Notes under the pieces: model-generated
The model's database searches: none
What the model saw: only the letters and a program-made list of their open reading frames with translations
Told to the model about the DNA's origin: nothing
Translations under genes and position numbers: made by a program
In this document: positions 1-9,681 of the stretch, in pieces
Layout of the letters: each line of letters opens with the position of its first letter
How positions within the stretch are numbered: the stretch's first letter is position 1
From: Alphaproteobacteria bacterium
GTDB lineage: Bacteria > Pseudomonadota > Alphaproteobacteria > SP197
Reading direction: 5' to 3'
Length of the DNA: 64,000 nt
Assembly: GCA_965228895.1 (NCBI GenBank)
Contig: OZ245842.1
Location: forward strand, 1,440,001-1,504,000

Positions 1-1339
1 AGAGGATCGAGACGACCGCCAAACCGACGCCGGTGCCGATCCAGATGCCGACACCGCCCCAGCCGGCGCCGAAGCCGAGCAGGATGGACGTCGCCAGACC
101 GACCACCCAGTAGCCGATCAGCGCGTAGATCATCGGCACGCGTGTGTCTTTCAGGCCGCGCAGGACGCCGGCAGCGACGGCCTGGGTCGTATCGAAAATC
201 TGCATGAACGCGATGACCGCCAGGAACGACAGGGCGATCGGCACCAGCGGCGCGGTGGCCGTGTCTTCCAGGTCAAGAAAACCATCGACGATCAGCGTTG
301 CGCCGAACCAGATTAAGACCGCGGCGGTCAGTGACGTCATGCCGCCGATGCCAAGGGCAACCCAGCCAGCGCGTCGGACATCGTCATGGCGTCCACCACC
401 TGCCGCAAGACCGATCCGGACGCTTGCCGCCTGGGCCAGGCCGAACGGCACCATAAAGGCGACGCCGGCTGTCTGCATGGCGATGGCATGGGCGGCTAGA
501 GTCATGGTGTCGATTAAGCCGGCCATGAACGTCGTCACCATGAAGAGCCCCATCTCGGCCAGGATTGTGAACCCGATGGGGACACCGATGCGCAGCATTT
601 CGCGCGTGATGGTGGCGTCAATCTTCATGACGCGGGCCCACAGGTGATAACGGCGAAAGCGCCGGTCGGTCAGGATAAAGCCGAGCAGGGCGATCGCCAT
701 GAACGCGTCCGCGATCGACGTCGCGATGCCGGCGCCGGCCAGCTCCAGACGCGGTGCGCCCCAATTACCGAACATCAGCGCATAGTTGGCTGCCGCGTTG
801 ACACCGATCGCCAGCACGACGACGACCAGCGCGCTGCGTGGCCGGCTATGGGCTGCGACGAAGTTGCGTAGCACGACGAAGATCATGGCTGTTGGCAGGG
901 CCCAGATCACCGTGCGCAGATAACCCTCGGCGCGCCGCGCATTCTCCGGGTCTTGGCCGATCAGGGTCAAAACGTCGGCGCCCCACCAAATGCCCGCGCC
1001 GAATGGCAGCGAGAGCGCGAGCACCAGGATGATGCCGCACTGGGTGATCGGCCGGATGTCGCGCAAGCGGCGGGCGCCGAGCGCATGGGCAATCATCGGT
1101 GCCACCGCCGTACCCAGGCCGGTGCCAAAGAAAAAAAAGAGCGCGTTGTAGTTGCTGGCGAGCGAACCGGCGGCCAGGTCATCAGGGCCCAGCCAGCCCA
1201 TCATCACCACGTCGGTCACGGTGATCGCCATCTGCGCCAGAAAGGCGAGCGAGAGCGGTGCGGCAAGAGCGATGAGGGCGCGTACTTCGCTGCGCAAGGG
1301 CGTGGCTGGTCTGCCAGCCAAGGTCTTTGAATGTGTCAC
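1..1339 (-). CDS. MATE family efflux transporter (3' end runs off the window)
   Basis: Not in the ORF track; translated manually from GTG at 1339: MTHSKTLAGRPATPLRSEVRALIALAAPLSLAFLAQMAITVTDVVMMGWLGPDDLAAGSLA..., a typical NorM/MATE N-terminus followed by hydrophobic helices. Confidence 0.9.
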   Translation of the reverse strand, partial: MTHSKTLAGRPATPLRSEVRALIALAAPLSLAFLAQMAITVTDVVMMGWLGPDDLAAGSLASNYNALFFFFGTGLGTAVAPMIAHALGARRLRDIRPITQCGIILVLALSLPFGAGIWWGADVLTLIGQDPENARRAEGYLRTVIWALPTAMIFVVLRNFVAAHSRPRSALVVVVLAIGVNAAANYALMFGNWGAPRLELAGAGIATSIADAFMAIALLGFILTDRRFRRYHLWARVMKIDATITREMLRIGVPIGFTILAEMGLFMVTTFMAGLIDTMTLAAHAIAMQTAGVAFMVPFGLAQAASVRIGLAAGGGRHDDVRRAGWVALGIGGMTSLTAAVLIWFGATLIVDGFLDLEDTATAPLVPIALSFLAVIAFMQIFDTTQAVAAGVLRGLKDTRVPMIYALIGYWVVGLATSILLGFGAGWGGVGIWIGTGVGLAVVSIL

Positions 1340-1439
1340 GAAAGGGTTCCGTTCCGTCGTTCGGGGCCTTGGTCAAGGCCCGTGTCCAGCCAGGTTGACG
1401 TCACATGGACGTCGGCCGGTCAGAGACGGATAGGACCCG

Positions 1440-1496
1440 TCAGCAGCCGGCGATGCCGGCCGGTCTCGACATAGGATGGAACGGTGGAGCGAACAT
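1440..1496 (-). other. Candidate leader peptide (uORF) MFAPPFHPMSRPAGIAGC upstream of the MATE gene
   Basis: 18-codon ORF whose ATG lies 7 nt after a TTGACG-N18-TAAAAG promoter-like motif; no SD; contains a sequence complementary to the MATE RBS region. Confidence 0.4.
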
Positions 1497-1503
1497 GGGA
1501 TCG

Positions 1504-1533
1504 CTTTTACGGGCGTTCGCCCGTCGCCGTCAA
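1504..1533 (-). promoter_or_regulatory. Putative sigma70 promoter with dyad in the spacer
   Basis: Minus strand TTGACG-N18-TAAAAG; inverted repeat ACGGGCG-TT-CGCCCGT at 1509-1524. Confidence 0.4.
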
Positions 1534-1594
1534 CAGCCGATGCGCGTGTACGTGCCGGTGGATGCGCGCGCAGGCATCCACTAACCTTGCGGCC

Positions 1595-3640
1595 ATGCGT
1601 TACCTTTCTGCAGATGTCGGCGGCACGTTTACCGATCTCGTCTTGATCGATTCCGACCGCGTTCACCTCGACAAGGTCGCGTCGACCCCCGGCAGCGCCG
1701 ATGCGGTGCTGGAGGGAATCCGGCGTGTCACGGACAGTGCCGGCCTCAAGCCCGCCGATGTCGATCTCTTCGTGCACGGCTTCACGGTCGGGACGAACGC
1801 TTTCCTGACCCGCAACGGCGCGAAGGTCGCGATGGTGGTGTCCGACGGTTTCCGAGATGTCCTGGAGATCGGCGATCAGTTGCGCCCGCATCTCTATCGG
1901 CTGACCCAGACCAAACCGCTTCCGGTCGTGCCGCGATCGCGCGTGGTCGAGGCTGAGGAACGGTTGGACGCGTTTGGCAACACGGTCACCGCCTTGACCG
2001 AGGACGAGGCGCGACGCGTCGCCGAGCAAACGGGGGGCCTGGAACCGGAAGCGGTCGCCGTGTGTCTGGCCTTTTCCTATCTCGATGCGGGGCCGGAGGA
2101 GATGATCGAGCGGCATCTGGCCGATCTGCTGCCGGGCGTGCCGATCTATCTCTCCAGCCGGGTCAACCCGCAGATCGAGGAGTACCCGCGCGCCAACACG
2201 ACGGCGGTCGCCGGTTATGTCGGTCCGGTCGTCGATCGTTATGTCGCGACGCTCGACCAGGCGCTGGCCGCCGACGGCGTCACCGCGCCCTTGCGCTTGA
2301 TGCGGAGCGACGGTGGTGTCGCGACGCCGGAGGCCGCGCGCCAGAACCCGGCCGCCATGCTGCTGTCGGGTCCGGCCGGCGGCGTCATTGCCGGTGCGGC
2401 CATGGCCGCTGAGCTCGACGTCGCCAATCTCGTCACCTTCGATATGGGCGGCACGTCGGCGGACTTCTCCGTCGTCGCCGACGGCGAGCCGCGCATGGTG
2501 ATGGGCCGCGAGATCGACGGCCAGCCCTTGCGCCTGCCGACGCTCGACATCGAGACCATCTCGGCCGGCGGCGGCTCGATCGCCCATGTCGACTTGGGTG
2601 GCGGCTTGCGTGTCGGACCGCAATCGGCCGGCGCCGATCCGGGCCCGGCCTGTTACGGTCAAGGCGGAAGCGACGCGACGGTAACCGATGCCGCCGTGGT
2701 GCTTGGTATTCTCGACCCCGGCGAATTTCTTGGCGGCGAAATGACACTGCATGCCGACCTTGCGAAACAGGCCGTCGAAAAGACTATCGCGGAACCCTTG
2801 GCCCTTTCTCTCGAAGAAGCCGCGCTGGGCATCGTTCGCGTTGCCAGTGCCGGCATGATCCAGGCGATCCGCAAGCTCTCGGTCGAACGCGGCCTCGACA
2901 TCCGCGACTTTGCATTGCTGGCGTTCGGTGGGGCCGGGCCGATCTATGCGCCCTTCATGGCGCGCGATCTCGGTATGGCCGAGGTGCTGGTGCCGACATC
3001 GCCCGGTGTCTACGCCGCGCAGGGTCTGTTGATGTCCGACATTCGCCACGCCCGCCAGGCCGCCTGGCAGCGGCGCTTCAGCAAGGTCGACGAAGACGCG
3101 CTGACCGAGCGGTTGCTGGCGCTTAAGGCAGACCTCGATGACGCGCTCGCCCGCGACGGTATCGGGGAAGGCGACCGCTACTACCGATTTGCCGCCGACA
3201 TGCGCTGTGTCGGTCAGTTCCACGAGCTTCTGGTGCCGTTGCCCGAGCCCGGCGCGCCTGGCTGGTGGCAGGCCGGCGAGGTCGCGGCCGCCTTTCATCG
3301 TCAGCACGAACGCGCCTACGGCCATACCGACGAGGCGGTACCGGTCGAATTCGTCAACCTGCGCGTCGATGCCTTCGGCCGCACGCCCAAGGCGGCGTTG
3401 GCCAAGGCGGATGGTGTGGCTTCGGGCGCGCCGGAACCGGCGGGGCGGCGGCCGGTCTGCCTGGACTCAGCGAAGGGTTTCGAAGACGTGCCGGTCTATC
3501 GGCGGGATGACTTGAGGCCGGGCCATGCGATCGACGGACCCGCCGTTATCATCCAGCGCGATACCACGACCGTGCTGTTGCACGGTCAGAGCGCGACGGT
3601 GGCGCCGAACGGTGTCATCCGCATCAAGGTGGCGTCATGA
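1595..3640 (+). CDS. hyuA: Hydantoinase/oxoprolinase family subunit A (N-methylhydantoinase A-like)
   Basis: MRYLSADVGGTFTD, HGFTVGTNA, LLSGPAGGV, DMGGTSAD, AGGGSIA, GPQSAGADPGPACYG motifs. Confidence 0.9.
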   Translation: MRYLSADVGGTFTDLVLIDSDRVHLDKVASTPGSADAVLEGIRRVTDSAGLKPADVDLFVHGFTVGTNAFLTRNGAKVAMVVSDGFRDVLEIGDQLRPHLYRLTQTKPLPVVPRSRVVEAEERLDAFGNTVTALTEDEARRVAEQTGGLEPEAVAVCLAFSYLDAGPEEMIERHLADLLPGVPIYLSSRVNPQIEEYPRANTTAVAGYVGPVVDRYVATLDQALAADGVTAPLRLMRSDGGVATPEAARQNPAAMLLSGPAGGVIAGAAMAAELDVANLVTFDMGGTSADFSVVADGEPRMVMGREIDGQPLRLPTLDIETISAGGGSIAHVDLGGGLRVGPQSAGADPGPACYGQGGSDATVTDAAVVLGILDPGEFLGGEMTLHADLAKQAVEKTIAEPLALSLEEAALGIVRVASAGMIQAIRKLSVERGLDIRDFALLAFGGAGPIYAPFMARDLGMAEVLVPTSPGVYAAQGLLMSDIRHARQAAWQRRFSKVDEDALTERLLALKADLDDALARDGIGEGDRYYRFAADMRCVGQFHELLVPLPEPGAPGWWQAGEVAAAFHRQHERAYGHTDEAVPVEFVNLRVDAFGRTPKAALAKADGVASGAPEPAGRRPVCLDSAKGFEDVPVYRRDDLRPGHAIDGPAVIIQRDTTTVLLHGQSATVAPNGVIRIKVAS

Positions 3641-3674
3641 TGATCGAGGCCGCGCCGCTTACAGGAGAAAGCCC

Positions 3675-5336
3675 ATGACCTCCATCGATCCGATCAGCCG
3701 CGATGTGTTCCAGCATCAGGTCGCCGGCATTGCCGAGGAGATGTCGATGGCGCTGCGCCGCGCCGCCTTCTCGTCGATCATCTGGGACATGTACGACTAC
3801 GCCTGCGGCCTCTTCACGCCGGAGGGCGACATGCTGAGCCAGGCGGAAACCATTCCCGCCCAGCTCGGCATCATGTCGACGGCGATTCAGTACATGTTCA
3901 AGTCGATCCCGCGCGAGGAATGGAAACCCGGCGACGTCATCGTGTGCAACGACCCCTATCACGGTTGCACGCACACCATGGATATCTGCCTGTTCAGCCC
4001 GGTGTTCCACGACGGCGAGATGATCGCCATCACCTCGACCATCGCGCACCACGTGGATATCGGCGGCAAGGTGCCGGGATCGGAAGGCCCGGACAACCTG
4101 GAGGTCTTCGCCGAGGGCATCATCCTGCCGCCGCTTAAGCTGATGGAGGCGGGCGAGCCGAACCAGGCGATCTTCGACATCATCGCCAACAATGTCAGGG
4201 ATCCCGATGGGTCGGCCGGCGATTTGCGCGCCCAAATCGCCGGCTGCCGCACCGGCGAACGACGCCTGGCCGAGCTGGCGCAGCGTTACGGCAACAAGGC
4301 CTTCGCCGACCTGTGCACGGCCTGCCTCGACTACAACGAGACCTTCATGCGCCGCGCCATCGAGGCGATCCCCGACGGCACCTACGACGCCGAGGTATTC
4401 ATCGAAGACGACGTGACGACGGATCGACCGAACCGCTTGCACGCGGCCGTCATCGTCGCCGGCGATGCGCTCACCGTCGACGTGACGGGATCCGAGGATC
4501 AGCGGGCCAACGGCCTCAACTGTCCGGAGGCTTCGACCCACTCTATGATCCACTATGCGGTCAAGTGTATCGTCGCCCCGGAGCTGCCGCAGAACCAAGG
4601 CTGCGATCGGCCGGTCACCATCGCGACGCGGCGGGGGTCGATTTTCGATCCGATTCGTCCGGCCGCTGTCTCGGTGCGGCATATCACCCAGCAGGCTCTG
4701 GCCGATGTGGTCCTGCGTGCGCTGGCGCCGGTTGGTGGTGCGAACGCCGCGGCAGCATGCCAGACATCGTTCCCGTCCTTTGTCCTCGGCGGCTTCGACG
4801 ATCGCCCGGAGGTCGCGAACGATGACGGCAGTCAGCCGTACTACATCATCGCCGACATTCTGGGCGGCGGCATGGGCGGCGGGCCGATCGCTGACGGTCT
4901 GAGCGCGGTCGACACCCATGGTGGCAACTGCGCCATCCTTTCCGCCGAGATCATGGAGACGTTGTCGCCGGTGCGGGTAAGACGCACACAGTTGGTCGAA
5001 GGTTCCGGCGGCGTCGGCGAACACCGCGGTGGGCTCGGCATCCAACGCGACTTCGAGGTTCTGGCCGAAAGCGGCATCCTGACCGGCTATTGCCAGGAAA
5101 CCCGCGATGACACGGCGCCGTGGGGTTATGCCGGCGGCGGTCCCGGCGGCAAGGCGATGCTGATCAAGAACCCGGGGACGGCGAGTGAAGAAAATCTCGG
5201 GAGCAAGATTGTCGGTCTTCTCCTGAAGCGCGGTGATGTGTTGCGAGCCGTCGGCGCCGGCGGCGGCGGCTGGGGCGACCCGGCCAAGCGCGACCGGGCC
5301 CTTGTCGAACGCGACCGCGCAGAAGGTTATGTCTGA
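3675..5336 (+). CDS. hyuB: Hydantoinase B/oxoprolinase family subunit
   Basis: AGGAG RBS; IAEEM..ALRRAAFS, NDPYHGCTHTMD, HHVDIGG, GSGGVGEHRGGLG, GGGGWGDP motifs. Confidence 0.9.
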   Translation: MTSIDPISRDVFQHQVAGIAEEMSMALRRAAFSSIIWDMYDYACGLFTPEGDMLSQAETIPAQLGIMSTAIQYMFKSIPREEWKPGDVIVCNDPYHGCTHTMDICLFSPVFHDGEMIAITSTIAHHVDIGGKVPGSEGPDNLEVFAEGIILPPLKLMEAGEPNQAIFDIIANNVRDPDGSAGDLRAQIAGCRTGERRLAELAQRYGNKAFADLCTACLDYNETFMRRAIEAIPDGTYDAEVFIEDDVTTDRPNRLHAAVIVAGDALTVDVTGSEDQRANGLNCPEASTHSMIHYAVKCIVAPELPQNQGCDRPVTIATRRGSIFDPIRPAAVSVRHITQQALADVVLRALAPVGGANAAAACQTSFPSFVLGGFDDRPEVANDDGSQPYYIIADILGGGMGGGPIADGLSAVDTHGGNCAILSAEIMETLSPVRVRRTQLVEGSGGVGEHRGGLGIQRDFEVLAESGILTGYCQETRDDTAPWGYAGGGPGGKAMLIKNPGTASEENLGSKIVGLLLKRGDVLRAVGAGGGGWGDPAKRDRALVERDRAEGYV

Positions 5337-5446
5337 GCGCTGAGACCACGTACTTTGTCGGCGGCCGCCTTGGTATGTACGATCCCAGGTGCGCGTCGCC
5401 GCGCATGCCGAATTCTTGAACCATCCACCCACGAGGGGCAGGGACC

Positions 5447-6223
5447 ATGACCTTCCAGATCGCCGAGCGCTGGTTCGAGCGCAAGAAGATCGATGACGAC
5501 ATCACGCTGATCTGGGAACCCCATGTCGATCCCCTGGGCCGCTGCAACATCTGGCATGTCCGGGGTTCGGAGACCGACCTTCTGGTCGACACCGGCATGG
5601 GCATCAAGGAGCTGAAGCCCGCGATCCAAGATCTTTTCGGAAAAGGCGTTATCGCCTTTGCGACACACACCCACTTCGACCACGTCGGTGGCCTGCACGA
5701 ATTCGAACATCGCATCGTTTCCAAACACGAGGCGGCAATCATGGAAGACGCCGATAACCGTTTCTCGCTTTACCGCGAGGACATGGAACCGGAGATCGTC
5801 AAGTGCATTGAAGACTCCGGCTACAAGATTTCCGATTGCCTGATCGATGCCTTGCCGCACCCCGGCTATGACGCGCGCGCCTATAGGGTCGAGCCGGCGA
5901 AGCCGACGCGTGTGGTCGACGAAGGCGACGAGGTCTCGATCGGTAACCGCAAGTTCGAGGTCCTGCACTTGCCCGGCCACTCACCCGGCAGCGTAGGCCT
6001 GTGGGAAGCGGAGACCGGGACACTTTTCTCCGGCGACTCCGTCTACGATGGGCCGCTGCTGGACATGCTTCCGGAATCCGATATCCCGACTTACATCAAA
6101 ACGGTTGAGCGGCTCATGGCGTTGCCGGTCAGCGTCGTTCACGCCGGCCACGACCCCAGCTTTGGCCGTGAGCGCCTGGTCGAATTGTGCCGTGGCTATC
6201 TGGAGATGCGCGCGGCAGCCTAG
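5447..6223 (+). CDS. Metallo-beta-lactamase fold hydrolase
   Basis: THTHFDHVGG (HxHxDH), PGHSPG, FSGD, AGH motifs. Confidence 0.9.
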   Translation: MTFQIAERWFERKKIDDDITLIWEPHVDPLGRCNIWHVRGSETDLLVDTGMGIKELKPAIQDLFGKGVIAFATHTHFDHVGGLHEFEHRIVSKHEAAIMEDADNRFSLYREDMEPEIVKCIEDSGYKISDCLIDALPHPGYDARAYRVEPAKPTRVVDEGDEVSIGNRKFEVLHLPGHSPGSVGLWEAETGTLFSGDSVYDGPLLDMLPESDIPTYIKTVERLMALPVSVVHAGHDPSFGRERLVELCRGYLEMRAAA

Positions 6224-6240
6224 GTCGCCTGGGTTCCCGG

Positions 6241-6882
6241 TTAGGCCGTTTCGATCATGGGAGCTGCTGCCGGAATTGCCTTCGCCAGCGCATCCAGGCC
6301 CGCTTTGTTGTCATTCTGCTTCATCAGGGCGACCGACTCCGCTAACAGGGTCTTGAAGTCGAACGGCATTTCCGTCTTTCCGTCGGATGTCCAAAGACTG
6401 CGTTGACCCATGACAGCATGAAAATCGCCACCATAGATATGAAGCGAGCGTCCCGTCTCATCGAGCGGGTTCTCGATGCGGTGAATGGCGTCATCCGGCA
6501 TGCTGACGGCCTCGCCCGCCTTCGTCGACACCGATCCCATATCGCGCAGGCCACCGTCGGGTGATCTTTGGTAACCCGTGTCAATCTCCTCGCCGACCAG
6601 CTGACCGATGCAGGCGAACACCGTGTGGTTGTGAATGGCGCTTTGGAACCTCGGTGGAATGCGCGCGTAGAGCATGGTGAGCTCCGGCGACGTGTGGACG
6701 ATCATCTCGCCGATATCCGCGCCATCGGGAACAGCCGCTTCAAGCGCGTCGATGATCTGCGCGGTGCCGCAGTCCGCCATGGTTGCCTCGAGATAGCTCT
6801 TGGCTGCCGCCCGCCTGTCGTCGGACTCCGCCATGGCCTGCTTGCAGCCCTCGGCGAATCCGTCAATGGAAAACGTCGTCAT
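6241..6882 (-). CDS. Cysteine dioxygenase-like cupin
   Basis: SAIHNH...AIHRIENP...SLHIYGGD 3-His thiol-dioxygenase-like pattern; start MTTFS after AGGGGG. Confidence 0.7.
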   Translation of the reverse strand: MTTFSIDGFAEGCKQAMAESDDRRAAAKSYLEATMADCGTAQIIDALEAAVPDGADIGEMIVHTSPELTMLYARIPPRFQSAIHNHTVFACIGQLVGEEIDTGYQRSPDGGLRDMGSVSTKAGEAVSMPDDAIHRIENPLDETGRSLHIYGGDFHAVMGQRSLWTSDGKTEMPFDFKTLLAESVALMKQNDNKAGLDALAKAIPAAAPMIETA

Positions 6883-7026
6883 GTCGGCCCCCTGATCATT
6901 CCCCGCTGGCTGAGGCAGTATTGACCGGATGCAGCTTTGCGAAAACATCGCGGCGGTGGTGATCGTTCATCCTTTGACCACCGCAGCCATGGATGGAAGA
7001 GTGCGTGCAGCGAGAGGGAGGTGCTG

Positions 7027-7944
7027 TTGGCCGATGGTTTGATGACGGGAAAGGCGGTGCTGGTGACTGGCGCCGGGCGCGGTATTGGTCGTGAGATCGC
7101 TCTGCTCATGGCAGCGGAAGGTGCCGATGTCGTGGTCAACGATCTCGGCGCGTCGCTCGATGGCGCTGGCGCGGATGAAGGGCCGGCGGCCGAGGTCGTC
7201 GCGTCGATCAAGGACGCCGGGGGACGAGCAGTCCTCAACGCCGACAGCGTCGCTGATGCGAAGGGCGGCGAACGGATGGTCGAAGCGGCGCTCGACGCCT
7301 TCGGGCGCATCGATGCGGTGGTGAACAACGCGGGCATTCTGCGCGACGCCATCTTCCACAAGATGAGCCATGCGGACTTCGAGGCGGTGATTGACGTCCA
7401 CCTGCGCGGCAGCTTCAACACCAGCCGCGCCGCCGCCGCGTATTTCCGCGAGCAGGGCTCCGGCGCCTTCGTCCACTTCACCTCCACATCCGGGCTGATC
7501 GGCAACATCGGCCAGGCCAACTACGCGGCGGCCAAGATGGGCATTGTCGGGTTGTCGCGCGGGATCGCGGTGGACATGGCGCGTTTTGGCGTGCGTTCCA
7601 ATTGCATCGCCCCGTTCGCGTGGTCGCGCATGATCGGTTCCATCCCGACCGAGACCGAGGAGCAGCAGGCCCGCGTCGACAAGCTGAAGTCGCTGACGCC
7701 GGCCAAGATCGCTGCCATGGCCGTTTTTCTGGCGAGCGACGCCGCCGCCGAGGTTAGCGGGCAGATCTTCTGCGTGCGCGGTGACGAGGTTTTCCTGATG
7801 AGCCAACCCAGGCCGCTGCGCTCGTTGCATCGCGACGGCGGCTGGACACCGCAGGCGCTGGCCGATCAGATGCTGCCGGCCTTCAAGGGTGACCTTTATC
7901 CGCTCGACGTGTCCGGCGACGTCTTCTCCTGGGATCCCGTGTGA
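7027..7944 (+). CDS. SDR oxidoreductase, (R)-3-hydroxyacyl-CoA dehydrogenase / MFE-2-like
   Basis: TGAGRGIG, VVVNDLG, NNAGILRD, GQANYAAAK; TTG start after GAGGGAG (exact start uncertain). Confidence 0.85.
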   Translation: MADGLMTGKAVLVTGAGRGIGREIALLMAAEGADVVVNDLGASLDGAGADEGPAAEVVASIKDAGGRAVLNADSVADAKGGERMVEAALDAFGRIDAVVNNAGILRDAIFHKMSHADFEAVIDVHLRGSFNTSRAAAAYFREQGSGAFVHFTSTSGLIGNIGQANYAAAKMGIVGLSRGIAVDMARFGVRSNCIAPFAWSRMIGSIPTETEEQQARVDKLKSLTPAKIAAMAVFLASDAAAEVSGQIFCVRGDEVFLMSQPRPLRSLHRDGGWTPQALADQMLPAFKGDLYPLDVSGDVFSWDPV

Positions 7945-8816
7945 GATCAACGGTGGCGATTGATTCTGCAGCCGTTGCGGCCTTTGACATCCCGCCCTTC
8001 TCAGGCGCCTACACGGCCCATGACAGTGTGATCTACCACTTGGGTCTGGGCCTAGGGCACGACCCCGTCGACCGCGACGTCCTGCCGTTCGTCTACGAAC
8101 CCTGGGGACCGAAGGTTCTGCCGAGCGTCGTCACGGTGGCCGGTGACCCCAACCATTGGCTCGCCGATTCCACGCTGGGCCTGCGCGACGTGCCCAACGT
8201 GCATGGCGACCAGACGATCATCATCCACGCCCCTCTCCCGGCCGACGGGTCTGTCACCAGCCGATCCCGCATCACTGGTCTCTATGATAAGGGCGCTGGC
8301 AGTCACGCCATTCTGACCTTCGAAGAGGAGATCGTGGATGCGGAGACCGGTCAAGCCTTGGCGACCCAGCTCCAGACCGACGTTTTGATCGGTGGTGGCG
8401 GATTTGGCGGAGAGCCACCGCCGCCGTCCGCGCGCGTCGCGATGCCTGAGCGCGCGCCCGATGCCGTCCGCGATCATCCCGTCGCGCCGGAGGCCGCTCT
8501 GATCTATCGCCTGTCCGGCGATCACTATGCGCTGCATGTTGAGCCTGAGTTTGCGCGCGATGCTGGATTCGATGGACCAATCCTGCATGGACTCACGACC
8601 TATGGCATCGCCTGTCACGCGGTTGTTGCGTGTTGCTGCGACCATGCGCCCGAACGCATCGTGCGTTTCCATGGCCGCTTTTCGGCGCCGGTCTATCCCG
8701 GCGAAACCCTGCGCACTTCCCTGTGGCGCGATGGGTCGGCCGTGTGGTTTGAAACCCGCGCGGTCGACCGCGACATCGTCGTGCTGGCGAACGGCCGCGC
8801 CGAGCTGAAAGGATAG
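7941..8816 (+). CDS. MaoC double hot-dog (hydratase-2 type) enoyl-CoA hydratase
   Basis: VHGDQ, YRLSGDHYALH, PILHGL, RFSAPVYPGETL. Confidence 0.85.
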   Translation: MRSTVAIDSAAVAAFDIPPFSGAYTAHDSVIYHLGLGLGHDPVDRDVLPFVYEPWGPKVLPSVVTVAGDPNHWLADSTLGLRDVPNVHGDQTIIIHAPLPADGSVTSRSRITGLYDKGAGSHAILTFEEEIVDAETGQALATQLQTDVLIGGGGFGGEPPPPSARVAMPERAPDAVRDHPVAPEAALIYRLSGDHYALHVEPEFARDAGFDGPILHGLTTYGIACHAVVACCCDHAPERIVRFHGRFSAPVYPGETLRTSLWRDGSAVWFETRAVDRDIVVLANGRAELKG

Positions 8817-8820
8817 GCTG

Positions 8821-9681
8821 TTGGCCATTGACTACGATCGTTTGAAAGCCTGGTCGTTTCCCGAGGACACGCGGATCTGGACCTGGGCGGAGACGGCGCT
8901 CTATGCGCTCGGCGTCGGTCTTGGACACGATCCGCTTAACGAACAGGCGCTGCGCTTTGTCTACGAGAAGGACATGAAAGCGCTGCCCACCATGGCGGTG
9001 GTCCTGCAGCCGACAGGCTTCTGGCTGCGCGATCCGGAGACAGGTGTCGACTGGCGTCGTGTCGTGCATGGCGAGGAGAGTCTGGTCCTGCATAAGACAC
9101 TTCCCGTCGAAGGCCGCTTCTTTACCCGCAGCCATATCGAGGAGATCATCGACAAGGGCGAGGGGCGGGGCGCCTTGATCTATATCTGCCGCGATATCGT
9201 TGACGCGGACAGCAACGATACCGTTGCGACGATCAGGCGCACCACCTTCGCCCGTGGCGATGGCGGCTTCGGCGGCCCGTCGGGCCCGGTGCGCCAGCCC
9301 CATCCGATGCCCGAGCGCGAGCCGGATTACGTCTGCGACCTCCCGACCTTGCCGCAACAGGCGCTGATCTATCGCTTGAACGGTGACGACAACCCGCTGC
9401 ACGCCGATCCGGATGTCGCGCGCGATGCCGGTTTCGAGCGTCCCATTCTGCATGGTCTGTGCACGTTCGGTGTTGCCGGCCATGCGGTGCTCAGGACATT
9501 GTGCAAATACGATCCCACGCGTTTCAAACGTCTGGACGTGCGATTTTCGGCGCCGGTCTTTCCGGGCGAAACGATCCGCACCGAGCTATGGGTCGATGGC
9601 CCCGTGGTATCACTGCGCGCCCGCGTCGCCGAACGCGATGCCATTGTCTTGAACAACGGATTGGTGGAGCTAGCAGCATGA
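8821..9681 (+). CDS. MaoC double hot-dog (hydratase-2 type) enoyl-CoA hydratase
   Basis: LYALGVG, VHGEE, YRLNGDDNPLH, PILHGLCTFG, RFSAPVFPGET. Confidence 0.9.
   Translation: MAIDYDRLKAWSFPEDTRIWTWAETALYALGVGLGHDPLNEQALRFVYEKDMKALPTMAVVLQPTGFWLRDPETGVDWRRVVHGEESLVLHKTLPVEGRFFTRSHIEEIIDKGEGRGALIYICRDIVDADSNDTVATIRRTTFARGDGGFGGPSGPVRQPHPMPEREPDYVCDLPTLPQQALIYRLNGDDNPLHADPDVARDAGFERPILHGLCTFGVAGHAVLRTLCKYDPTRFKRLDVRFSAPVFPGETIRTELWVDGPVVSLRARVAERDAIVLNNGLVELAA

Noticed and set aside
1131-1138. A8 homopolymer in the MATE gene as a phase-variation tract
   Set aside because: Frame is intact; it encodes a Phe run in a transmembrane helix and is short.
1373-5432. Long antisense ORFs (650 and 602 aa), and similar ones at 15443-17302, 32731-34035, 57702-58955 and 62333-63919
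   Set aside because: Shadow frames of well-supported genes in high-GC DNA; no recognisable motifs.
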